Part shown: piece after piece, positions 10,052 through 18,104 of the stretch
Position numbering within the stretch: position 1 is the stretch's first letter
Layout of the letters: every line of letters starts with the position of its first letter
Assembly: GCA_013334825.1 (NCBI GenBank)
Contig: JAAXWR010000002.1
Location: 34,025-98,024 of the forward strand
Direction of reading: 5' to 3'
From: Candidatus Yonathbacteria bacterium
Lineage (GTDB): Bacteria > Patescibacteriota > Minisyncoccia > Phycocordibacterales > JACNGX01
Length of the DNA stretch: 64,000 nucleotides
Translations under genes and position numbers: made by a program
Notes under the pieces: model-generated
Databases searched by the model: none
What the model was told of the DNA's origin: nothing
The model's input: only the letters and a program-made list of their open reading frames with translations

Positions 10052-10939
10052 ATGCCATATATCCTGATAATCATTGTCGCGGGAGGTGCTTTTTTATGGG
10101 GGAGAAATACCGCACCTCCTCTTACTCTGCATGGAGACATTGCTTCACCAATTGATACAGATATATATGTTCCAACAGAAAACATAGCTTCTGTCGCTCC
10201 ACTCGATGATGTATTCATGACAGATAGTCTCGCAGATGAAACACCTGTTCTTGTGGAACATTCTTCTGTTGTATATCCTCACGTGCAGACAGATGAGCGT
10301 GTGTCCCATGAGACATATCGTGTTCTCTCTGTTGTTGATGGTGATACACTTACAGTGGATATGGACGGTGTGTCGCAGACACTTCGTTTGATAGGGCTTG
10401 ATACACCCGAGACGGTTGATCCACGCAAGCCGGTACAATGTTTTGGCAAAGAAGCCTCTCAGAAAGCAAAAAATGTTTTGACAGGAAAGCGTGTGCGTAT
10501 TGAGCGTGACGTAACGCAAGGTGTATATGACAAATATAATCGACTTCTTGCCTATGTGTTTTTGGAGGATGGAACATTTTTCAATGAAATGATGATTCGT
10601 GAAGGATATGGACATGAATATACGTATGCGACACCATATGCGTATCAAACACTGTTTCAGGAAGCAGAACATGATGCACGCGCAAACGGTAGAGGGCTGT
10701 GGGCAGTGGACGCATGCGCGGGAGACACAACGTCTCCACCCACACCAAGTGTAACAACCAGCGTAGTGGTATCTTCTACAACATCAGGATATACATGTGC
10801 TACGAATACCTATAATTGTACAGATTTTAGTACACAAATGGAGGCGCAACACGTATTTGAGGAATGTGGGGGAACAAACAATGATATACATCGTCTTGAT
10901 TCGGATAAAGACGGTCGTGTTTGTGAAAGTCTACCGTGA
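10052..10939 (+). CDS. Membrane-anchored thermonuclease (SNase-like) with a C-terminal Excalibur Ca-binding domain
   Basis: N-terminal TM anchor 'MPYILIIIVAGGAFLW'. SNase core 'VVDGDTLTV…IRLIGLDTPETVDP…CFGKEASQ…RLLAYVF…' is present. The C-terminal 'CTDFSTQMEAQHVFEECGG…DSDKDGRVCE' is an Excalibur-type motif. Confidence 0.8.
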   Translation: MPYILIIIVAGGAFLWGRNTAPPLTLHGDIASPIDTDIYVPTENIASVAPLDDVFMTDSLADETPVLVEHSSVVYPHVQTDERVSHETYRVLSVVDGDTLTVDMDGVSQTLRLIGLDTPETVDPRKPVQCFGKEASQKAKNVLTGKRVRIERDVTQGVYDKYNRLLAYVFLEDGTFFNEMMIREGYGHEYTYATPYAYQTLFQEAEHDARANGRGLWAVDACAGDTTSPPTPSVTTSVVVSSTTSGYTCATNTYNCTDFSTQMEAQHVFEECGGTNNDIHRLDSDKDGRVCESLP

Positions 10940-11046
10940 GAGGTAGATTTTCTAGAAACTACGCTATTGCACGTATTGTCTGTATGGTGTACAACAAGGG
11001 TAGTGTTTTTTGCAAGAACATATAATCCATAAAACAAAGGAAAAAG

Positions 11047-12402
11047 ATGATACAAGTAACAATGTTGGATTCCGGACCTACGTCTGCCGTTGAAGCGATT
11101 TCATTCGGCGCACTTGTGTGCTATCAGGGAGAGATTCCTGAATACGGCAAGAAAATTGATATCCAAAAACGTCTCTTTGAAACAGGGCACCATACGACAT
11201 TTCAACATACATACTGCTCATTCGTTATTGACGGTATTCCTGTTGGCAGTGTGACGTTCGGTCTCCATCTTCACCCGTTCTATAACACGGGACAACGGTC
11301 GGGGAGGTTCTGCTCGGGGATGTTCGCGAACCCGGATCTGGATGCGATACAAGAGTCAATCGCGACATTCTGGTCACTTGAAAAGGATGTTATGGCGGAA
11401 GTCATGGACTATGTCGCATCCGGCTTTGCTGTGTATGGAACATGGTTCGATCGTGCGAAAGAACTGACCGCGACGTATATACAGGAAGACCGCCCTTATG
11501 CTTCGGAGAAGTATGTGACGGCGAACGCGGAGAAGATAGCGCAGGAACAATTGCGCGTGTTTATTCCCGTGATATTTCCCACAGCTCTTGAGTACACTAT
11601 CAATCTATCCACACTTGCCGCGCTCTACGCAAGCGCATGGTCTCCTGTGTTACAGGATGTGACGAAACAGATGGCCGAGAGGGTGCTTGAGAAATGGCCT
11701 GAACTCTCATTCATGTTTGAAAGAGGAAGGAGATCTCTCAGTCATTTTTTCGTCTCCATGGATGATGATATTTATGACAAGAATGCCATTCTCTTTGACC
11801 CAGTCCTCAGCGTGCTTCATGTGGATGATGTTTCTGAAAGTGACATGTTCATTATTTCTGAAACGGACATGCACCCAATCAACCTCCTCCCGTTTTATCC
11901 CACATTCATGGAGTTTGATGTTGCAGAGTTAAAGACAGACGTTGAAATGTCTGTCGCGACACTCGGGCAGAAACAGCGACACAGGACTGTGCGAAGAAGT
12001 TTCCCGAGATTTACCGGGAACTTCTATCTCCCACCCGTTCCTCGCGGTTTGGGACTTGAAAGAGATGCCACACTTCTCATGGAGAAATGGATGTCACTTC
12101 GGATGAAGATACATTCGGACCTTTTCATGAATCTTGCACCGTATGGCGCAATGGTTAGATATCAGGAAATTGCTTCATTTAATTCAGCAATTCATGAAGG
12201 GGCGAAACGTCTGTGCTTATGCGCACAAGAGGAGATTTATCATCTCGCTCGTCAGGAGGAAGCACAGATTTCAAGTACTCCTTTGAGGAAATTTTTTGCT
12301 CCTCCGTGCATGGCGACAGGGAAGTGTGGTGAGGGGGTGCGGTACTGTGGCAGAGACCTCAAGAAACTGCCGGAGGATCCTTTTCCGAAACGGCGGGTAT
12401 GA
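11047..12402 (+). CDS. ThyX (flavin-dependent thymidylate synthase)-like fold protein with an altered dUMP-binding motif, fused to a roughly 235-aa Cys-containing C-terminal region
   Basis: The N-terminal 215 aa align with ThyX: 'HGHETPFEHxxFTFxVxGISRAxxxQxxRHRxxSYxxxSxRY' versus 'TGHHTTFQHTYCSFVIDGIPVGSVTFGLHLHPFYNTGQRSGRF'. RHR is replaced by HLH, and the S-G-R is kept. The C-terminal half has no recognisable homology, with several Cys near the end. Confidence 0.55.
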   Translation: MIQVTMLDSGPTSAVEAISFGALVCYQGEIPEYGKKIDIQKRLFETGHHTTFQHTYCSFVIDGIPVGSVTFGLHLHPFYNTGQRSGRFCSGMFANPDLDAIQESIATFWSLEKDVMAEVMDYVASGFAVYGTWFDRAKELTATYIQEDRPYASEKYVTANAEKIAQEQLRVFIPVIFPTALEYTINLSTLAALYASAWSPVLQDVTKQMAERVLEKWPELSFMFERGRRSLSHFFVSMDDDIYDKNAILFDPVLSVLHVDDVSESDMFIISETDMHPINLLPFYPTFMEFDVAELKTDVEMSVATLGQKQRHRTVRRSFPRFTGNFYLPPVPRGLGLERDATLLMEKWMSLRMKIHSDLFMNLAPYGAMVRYQEIASFNSAIHEGAKRLCLCAQEEIYHLARQEEAQISSTPLRKFFAPPCMATGKCGEGVRYCGRDLKKLPEDPFPKRRV

Positions 12403-12486
12403 TATCCTTTTTGTTAAGTGTTCATTCGTGTGATAACAGGTTCTTCGAGGGCCTGTTTTTTGTAAGAATATAGATACAAACAAAAA

Positions 12487-12504
12487 CGGCCCCGATGGGC
12501 CGTG
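12487..12504. terminator. Bidirectional terminator hairpin between convergent genes
   Basis: ACGGCCC-GATG-GGGCCGT stem-loop with flanking A and T runs. Confidence 0.55.
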
Positions 12505-12510
12505 TGATTT

Positions 12511-13002
12511 TCACCTGTTTTTATGAAGGAACGCAAGGATGCGTTCTTTTTCAGGGTGTTGTTCCGCAATCCTGTAAAAGATGTACGGATTTTTGTAAAG
12601 GTCGAAGTACTCCTCAAGGAGTGCCACGGAGATTGTTCGACCTTTTTGTACGATACGAAACTCCACTTCTTTGAAATGCTCCTCTAACAGTTGTTCTGCG
12701 AATGGGATATCCGAAATAAAAAATAATGTTGATAATCCCATGGGGTATTTGCCCCATTCTCTGAGGCGTTCCTTAAGAGACATCAGACATATGTCGTAGT
12801 ATCTTGCGACATAGACAAATGCCAATGTCACTGTGCCGAGTGTCGGGATCCTTTCTTTGAGAAGTTCGATGATCCGCGCATCGCGCGTTCTCTCGTCTTC
12901 ATCAGGGAGAGGTTCCATGGCACCAAATAGCGTCTCCCATTCTTTTGCGTAGACGGCACCTATGCCTTCTTTTGAAAGGATACGACCATTGCTTGTTTCC
13001 AT
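12511..13002 (-). CDS. Hypothetical protein (163 aa)
   Basis: Intact ORF, convergent with the ThyX-like gene. No motif recognised. Confidence 0.45.
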   Translation of the reverse strand: METSNGRILSKEGIGAVYAKEWETLFGAMEPLPDEDERTRDARIIELLKERIPTLGTVTLAFVYVARYYDICLMSLKERLREWGKYPMGLSTLFFISDIPFAEQLLEEHFKEVEFRIVQKGRTISVALLEEYFDLYKNPYIFYRIAEQHPEKERILAFLHKNR

Positions 13003-13183
13003 TTTTTCTTAGGATTTTGAGGTTGTGGAAAGGACTTTGTTAAGTGGACTATAGCATACTTTTCTGGTTTTGGGAAGGGGTATATCGCAGGAATGCCCGT
13101 TACTGTTTTTTTGTATGAAGCCCTATATTTCAACATGACTTTTTATACACAGGTGTATTTAAAATATTTTTTGATTTGATATT

Positions 13184-13579
13184 ATGAAGTACATGAAGGA
13201 CTTTCTTATGTGGATACAACAAAAAATAACATTGGATAGGAGTATTCATCGTCCCCCTTTTGTTTCTGAAGGTGATATATGGTGGGCATCTATCGGAGAA
13301 AATATTGGTTCAGAAATTTGAGGAAAGAGTTCTCTTTTTTCAAGACCAGTGATTATTTATCGTAAACTTGTTCATGGTTTTTATTTTGTCATACCGACGA
13401 GCACAAAGGAAAAAGAAGGAAGTTGGTATGTCCCATATCAACATAAAGGTGTAAAAAATGTTGCGTGTTTACACCAAGCTCGCGCTGTTGATCATCGCTG
13501 TATTTAAAATAAATTAGGCACATTAGATGATAGGGACTTCGAATTGGTTCGTCAAGGTTTTCATGATTTGTATAAATAA
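13184..13579 (+). pseudogene. MazF/PemK-family toxin pseudogene, single frame interrupted by in-frame TGA and TAA
   Basis: One frame reads 'MKYMKDFLMWIQQKITLDRSIHRPPFVSEGDIWWASIGENIGSEI*GKSSLFSRPVIIYRKLVHGFYFVIPTST…VKNVACLHQARAVDHRCI*NKLGTLDDRDFELVRQGFHDLYK*'. This matches the MazF/PemK pattern (GDIVxVDF…GSEQ/GxRPxLVxS…I/CPIT…) with two internal stops. There is no upstream antitoxin ORF. Confidence 0.5.
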
Positions 13580-13721
13580 CAATATTCCCCGCCCTTATGG
13601 GCGGGGTCGCGGGACAATCCCGAATGTATGTTAAGTGTATATGAGGTATAAAAATTGTGTAACTATTTAAAGGAGTCCATAAATGCGCACAACATTTATA
13701 GGGTATCGACCCCGCAGTTAT

Positions 13722-13821
13722 CCAGCTCCACTTTCATAATAAACACACATGCTATGATAGATTTTTTATCCGAGACGTGAGTATTGTTTATAGATAAAGT
13801 CTTTTATGAAAGTGGGGCTGG
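13722..13821. repeat. 100-nt palindromic element with 16-nt terminal inverted repeats CCAGCTCCACTTTCAT / ATGAAAGTGGGGCTGG (copy 1 of 2)
   Basis: The same termini and the same 100-nt length recur at 58244-58343 with an unrelated interior. The termini resemble tmRNA/tRNA acceptor ends (…CCAGCUCCAC / GGGGCUGG…). Confidence 0.6.
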
Positions 13822-13834
13822 ATGCTCCTGGGCG

Positions 13835-13872
13835 CCGAGCACCACTTTTATAACGATAAAAGTGGTGCTCGG
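13835..13872. repeat. Hairpin repeat CCGAGCACCACTTTT-N8-AAAAGTGGTGCTCGG (family member 1 of 3)
   Basis: Near-identical stems recur at 59017-59052 and 60411-60447. All are adjacent to tRNA or tmRNA sequences. Confidence 0.6.
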
Positions 13873-13873
13873 T

Positions 13874-14186
13874 TCGATACCCCCACGCGAGCCGAGCAGT
13901 CGGCTCGCTCATCTCCACACGCAAAACAACAAACCACCCTTTCGGGTGGGTTGTTTTGGTGTGGAGATGGGGGGTATTGGTCAGGAGTCCGTGAAAATCA
14001 TAGTCGCTTTGCTCCTTGATTTTCTACGGCTCACGACCCTGGCTCGGCGACAAGCACTCGCACGCAAGCGTGCTCGTCTTGTGTACCGCCTCCGCCTTTC
14101 GATACCCCCAGCGAAAAGCTCGCTTTTCGCTTCACATCTCCAATCCATAAAAAAGAAACACCTCTTTAAAGAGGCGCTTCTTTTTT
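13874..14186. repeat. Array of tmRNA-terminus-like modules, each followed by an A-run/hairpin/T-run terminator. Modules: 13874-13921 + terminator 13922-13956; 3'-end copy 13957-13974; 14095-14136 + terminator 14150-14186
   Basis: The motif 'TTCGATACCCCC-A-[short hairpin]-CATCTCCA' occurs twice (its reverse complement is GGAGATG-[hairpin]-GGGGGTATCGAA). A second copy 'CCCCCCATCTCCACACCA' of the authentic tmRNA 3' end 'CCCCCCATCTCCACCA' lies 230 nt downstream of the real one. Confidence 0.5.
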
Positions 14187-14187
14187 A

Positions 14188-14605
14188 TGGTGGAGATGGG
14201 GGGTATCGAACCCCCGTCCAAACGTGGTTTGCGAGTGGGTCTACGCGATGTAGGTTGTTTTTTGGATTTGAACCGATTGTTTTTGAAACAAACAAAACGA
14301 CAATCAGTCGAGTTTCGTCGATTCTCGAGCGTCTGATGAAACGGTCAGATGCTCCAGTCCGATGAGTATGACACCCTCTCAGACATATCGGACGTCAGAA
14401 GAGAGGACGCCGCTTAGGCGAATCGAGACACGAGGTCTTGATTAGGCGAAAGCGGGAGCGAAGGACGGTATTCCAAAGTAGGAAGAGGCAATACCTTTTG
14501 CTTTAAGAGACAAGTTCGCACTTATCGTTTGTGACGGTTTTACGAGTCATCACAGCTCGATCGCGCGCACGGGCAGAGACACGCCTGTCGAAGCCGATCA
14601 TCCCC
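14188..14605 (-). ncRNA. ssrA: tmRNA (ssrA), standard one-piece, 418 nt
   Basis: Minus-strand 5' end 'GGGGAUGAUCGGCUUCGACAGGCG' matches the conserved tmRNA 5' acceptor strand and GGnUUCGAC element. The 3' end 'GGACGGGGGUUCGAUACCCCCCAUCUCCACCA' has a T-arm, a 7-nt acceptor strand complementary to the 5' end (one G·U pair) and an encoded CCA, followed by a terminator. The gene lies immediately downstream of and co-oriented with smpB. A candidate tag ORF after '…CUCUUAAA' is GCA AAA GGU … GCC UAA, giving AKGIASSYFGIPSFAPAFA*. The tag is low confidence. Confidence 0.7.
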
Positions 14606-14670
14606 GCACAACACTTCGCTCAGCGGAGAGGAGTGTTGCGCGGGAAGGACCGCAATGGGGCGGCATGCAC

Positions 14671-15114
14671 TTATTCATCTTTCAAAGATCGACGCATTTC
14701 ACGTTCTGCTTCACGCTTTTTGATAGTTTCGCGTTTGTCGAACTGTTTTTTACCACGTCCGATAGCGACTTCCACCTTGAGAAACTTATGTTTATTATAC
14801 ACTGAAAGTGGGATAACTGTCAATCCATTGGTAGATTCAGCGTCGGAGAGTTGTGCGATTTCTTTTTTGGACAAAAGAAGCCGTCGTGTCCGCGCGGGGT
14901 CATAGGACAGAGGAGTATTGACACTTTGATAGGGCGGTATGGTCATACCGACAATATATGCTTCACCTCCACGCACGAGAACGTGGGCACCTTCAAGTGA
15001 CCCCCTCCCGCCACGAAGAGACTTTACTTCAAAACCGTGCAAATCCAAGCCCGCCTCAAATTTCTCAAGGATGTCATAATCAAAATGTGCTTTTTTGTTC
15101 CGTATCAGAGACAT
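14671..15114 (-). CDS. smpB: SsrA-binding protein SmpB
   Basis: '…KKAHFDYDILEKFEAGLDLHGFEVKSLRGGRGSLEGAHV…' is canonical SmpB. Confidence 0.9.
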   Translation of the reverse strand: MSLIRNKKAHFDYDILEKFEAGLDLHGFEVKSLRGGRGSLEGAHVLVRGGEAYIVGMTIPPYQSVNTPLSYDPARTRRLLLSKKEIAQLSDAESTNGLTVIPLSVYNKHKFLKVEVAIGRGKKQFDKRETIKKREAEREMRRSLKDE

Positions 15115-15238
15115 GCCCGTATCATATCAGAAAATTGTATCTTTGTGCGATTTTCTTTAAAGGCTTTCTTTCTGTTCATATATATGATAAAAAGGAATAA
15201 GTGCTTTTTCTTTGCTAATCTTTTAGAACATTATTTTA

Positions 15239-15646
15239 ATGAAAAACAATGGTCTTTCAAAAATCATATGCGTCATGTTTTTCTTTGTCGCTATACTTTT
15301 TTCTTCTCTGGCTTATGCCAATGAGGTTGAAAAAGGAGAATCTCCCGCACTTGTGGCTGTTGTGGTTGGAACATATCATGGCAGTTCTTTTAAAACAGAA
15401 TTACCGTGCAGGGAGAGAGATGTGGATGGGGCGATTGATTTACTCCAACTCAGTCTGTTTTTGGTAACAACCGAGATGGAGGATGGTGGAGTTTCAGGAG
15501 GGTATATTGAAATCGCTCTTGCGGGTGATTATCGCGGGGAACGTTTCACCATGACTGTTTCTGGGGAACGCGATATCGCGGTCACAAAAATCATCGAGCG
15601 TTTGAAAGAAAAAATTACGCTCATTCGTAAAAAGATTATTGTATAG
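15239..15646 (+). CDS. Small secreted hypothetical protein with an N-terminal signal peptide
   Basis: Signal-peptide-like N-terminus '…FFFVAILFSSLAYA|NEVEK'. A terminator hairpin AACCGCCC-ATGA-GGGCGGTT plus T-run follows at 15645-15685. Confidence 0.5.
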   Translation: MKNNGLSKIICVMFFFVAILFSSLAYANEVEKGESPALVAVVVGTYHGSSFKTELPCRERDVDGAIDLLQLSLFLVTTEMEDGGVSGGYIEIALAGDYRGERFTMTVSGERDIAVTKIIERLKEKITLIRKKIIV

Positions 15647-15708
15647 TGAACCGCCCATGAGGGCGGTTTTTTTTGCGGGTTTTTCTGACACGTATTTTGT
15701 GTTAGTAT

Positions 15709-17706
15709 GTGCATATGCAACATAAATCTTCTCAACCAAAAAAAGGCGGTAAGGCACCATTTTCTCCGCGTCGTCCACAAATGCCTCTTTCTCCAAAAGG
15801 GCAAGGGGGTGGTAAGTCTCCGCGCAAGACTCCCGTGACTGGTTCGCAATTTGCCAACAATATCATTGGCACGGTGCTTATCTTTGCCGTGTTGATGTCT
15901 TTATATTCTTTTTTGTCGGGAACAATGAAAGAAGAAAAGGACATGACTCTCTCAGAACTTGCTGCGGATGTGCGTGGGGGCACTGTTACCTCCATTGACG
16001 TAGAAGGAGATGTGCTCACGGTGATGCGTGTTGAAGACGAAGCAACGTATACCGCAAAGAAAGAAGCAGAAACATCACTTTCAGAAAGTCTCGCGCTCTA
16101 TGGTGTGACTCCCGAACAACTTTCCGCGGTGAAACTGACTGTTAAAGACCCGTCGGGTTTTGCGTTCTGGGCGCTCAATCTCTTGCCATTCCTCTTGCCT
16201 GTTCTCTTTTTGGTGTTCCTTGTTTGGTATATGTCGCGACAAGTAAAAGGGGCAGGTATGCAAGCAATGTCTTTTGGACAATCAAACGCGCGTATTATTG
16301 ATCCAAATGATAAAAATCAGCAAGTGAGATTTAAAGATGTTGCGGGTGTAAAGGAAGCAAAAGAAGAATTGACTGAAATCGTAGACTTTCTCAAAAATCC
16401 AAAAAAGTTTTTGGATATTGGCGCACGTGTACCGAAAGGAGTTCTCCTCATGGGTGCTCCAGGAACGGGTAAGACACTCCTTGCGCGTGCGGTAGCAGGG
16501 GAAGCCAATGTGCCATTCTTTATTATTTCTGGTTCTGAATTTGTGGAGATGTTTGTGGGTGTTGGTGCAAGTCGTGTACGTGATTTATTTAAAATGGCAA
16601 AACGTGCGGCACCTGCGATTATCTTTATTGATGAAATTGACGCGGTAGGACGTGCACGCGGTGCAGGTATGGGTGGAGGGAACGATGAACGTGAACAAAC
16701 ACTCAATCAGATTCTTGTGGAGATGGATGGTTTCGAACCGCAAGAAAAAGTGATTGTCATGGCGGCAACGAATCGCCCTGATGTGCTTGACCCTGCACTT
16801 CTTCGCCCCGGACGTTTTGATCGTCGTGTTGTACTTGATCTTCCTGACCGTGCCGACAGAGAAGAGATACTTGGTATCCACGCACGCAAGAAACCACTTG
16901 CCGAAGATGTGAATATGAAAGTTATTGCGGAACGTACACCAGGATTTTCGGGTGCAGATTTGTATTCGCTTATGAATGAAGGTGCCATTCTTGCTGCACG
17001 TGAAGCGCGCACACAAGTTGCGCAATTTGACCTTATTCGTTCTATTGAAAAGGTCATGCTTGGACCTGAACGCAAGAGTCGTGTCATTTCTCCGAAAGAA
17101 AAAAAGATTACCGCATGTCATGAAGCGGGACACGCTATCGTCGCATCCGTGCTTCCTGATGCTGATCCTGTACACAAGATTTCCATTATCGCACGTGGTC
17201 ATGCGGGTGGATATACACTCAAGTTGCCTGTGGAAGAACGTAAACTACAGTCACGCAAAGAATTTTTGGATGACTTGGCAGTATCTCTTGGTGGATATGC
17301 CGCCGAAGAAATGAATTTTGGAGATGTGACGACGGGACCTTCGCATGACTTGGCAGTTGCCGCGGCACTCGCGCGTGATATGGTTGCACGATATGGTATG
17401 TCAGAAGCCATTGGGCCCGTTGCGTTTGAAGGGCGACGTGGAGGGCGAATTGTTTTTGGACAAGATACGGGAGAAAATGATTATTCAGAACAGATTGCCG
17501 CAAAGATTGACGGAGAAGTGACGGTAATGATTACCGAAGCACTTCGTCGCGCCAAAGAAACGATTACGACACATAAAAGAGCGTTTGACGCAATTGTTGC
17601 GCGGCTTCTTGATGCCGAGACGATTGAACGTGAAGAATACGAACAGATTCTCATTGCGCATGGTATTGCCCTCAAAAAAGCTGAAGAGATTGATATTGTT
17701 GCGTAG
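15709..17706 (+). CDS. ftsH: ATP-dependent zinc metalloprotease FtsH
   Basis: AAA+ module ([29 protein letters not shown]), second region of homology, and zinc-binding HEAGHA. Confidence 0.95.
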   Translation: MHMQHKSSQPKKGGKAPFSPRRPQMPLSPKGQGGGKSPRKTPVTGSQFANNIIGTVLIFAVLMSLYSFLSGTMKEEKDMTLSELAADVRGGTVTSIDVEGDVLTVMRVEDEATYTAKKEAETSLSESLALYGVTPEQLSAVKLTVKDPSGFAFWALNLLPFLLPVLFLVFLVWYMSRQVKGAGMQAMSFGQSNARIIDPNDKNQQVRFKDVAGVKEAKEELTEIVDFLKNPKKFLDIGARVPKGVLLMGAPGTGKTLLARAVAGEANVPFFIISGSEFVEMFVGVGASRVRDLFKMAKRAAPAIIFIDEIDAVGRARGAGMGGGNDEREQTLNQILVEMDGFEPQEKVIVMAATNRPDVLDPALLRPGRFDRRVVLDLPDRADREEILGIHARKKPLAEDVNMKVIAERTPGFSGADLYSLMNEGAILAAREARTQVAQFDLIRSIEKVMLGPERKSRVISPKEKKITACHEAGHAIVASVLPDADPVHKISIIARGHAGGYTLKLPVEERKLQSRKEFLDDLAVSLGGYAAEEMNFGDVTTGPSHDLAVAAALARDMVARYGMSEAIGPVAFEGRRGGRIVFGQDTGENDYSEQIAAKIDGEVTVMITEALRRAKETITTHKRAFDAIVARLLDAETIEREEYEQILIAHGIALKKAEEIDIVA

Positions 17707-17797
17707 TCATAGTATATGTATTGCGTAATACGCAAAGAGATTTGCGCTGGTATGCACAACATAGAGCAATAGCTACTGTTGATAAAGGACGTCATTT

Positions 17798-18103
17798 ATG
17801 ACACAGCATTTTACTCGTACAAAAGAAGATTTTGTTTGTGAACACTGTGGTATAGAGGTGTCAGGAGATGGGTATACCAATCACTGCCCTGTGTGTTTGT
17901 GGAGCAAACATGTTGATGTCCATCCAGGAGATCGCGCGTCTCTCTGTGGTGGTATGATGCGTCCCCATGAACTTATTGTGTCTGGAGGGCAGCAAACGAT
18001 TCTTCATGTGTGTGAGCGATGTGGACACCACAAACGAAACAAAACATCGGATGATGATGATACCGATGTGCTTATTCTTCTTTCGACACGAACTCTTCGT
18101 TGA
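17798..18103 (+). CDS. RNHCP-domain zinc-ribbon protein
   Basis: The 'YTNHCPVCLWSKH' motif and flanking Cys pairs (CEHCG… CERCGHH) fit the RNHCP domain family. Confidence 0.65.
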   Translation: MTQHFTRTKEDFVCEHCGIEVSGDGYTNHCPVCLWSKHVDVHPGDRASLCGGMMRPHELIVSGGQQTILHVCERCGHHKRNKTSDDDDTDVLILLSTRTLR

Positions 18104-18104
18104 C

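Noticed and set aside
13784-14365. 193-aa ORF from the track spanning the tmRNA and its terminus copies
   Set aside because: It lies on the strand opposite to the tmRNA and covers the structured RNA modules and terminators. It has no protein-like composition, so it is almost certainly spurious.
13874-14605. A permuted (two-piece) tmRNA
   Set aside because: GGAGATG-hairpin-GGGGGTATCGAA modules lie downstream of the CCA end and at first suggested a coding piece after an acceptor piece. However, a canonical 5' end (GGGGAUGAUCGGCUUCGACAGG) was found at 14605, 418 nt upstream of the CCA, directly after smpB. This gives a normal one-piece gene. The downstream modules are better explained as terminus duplications.
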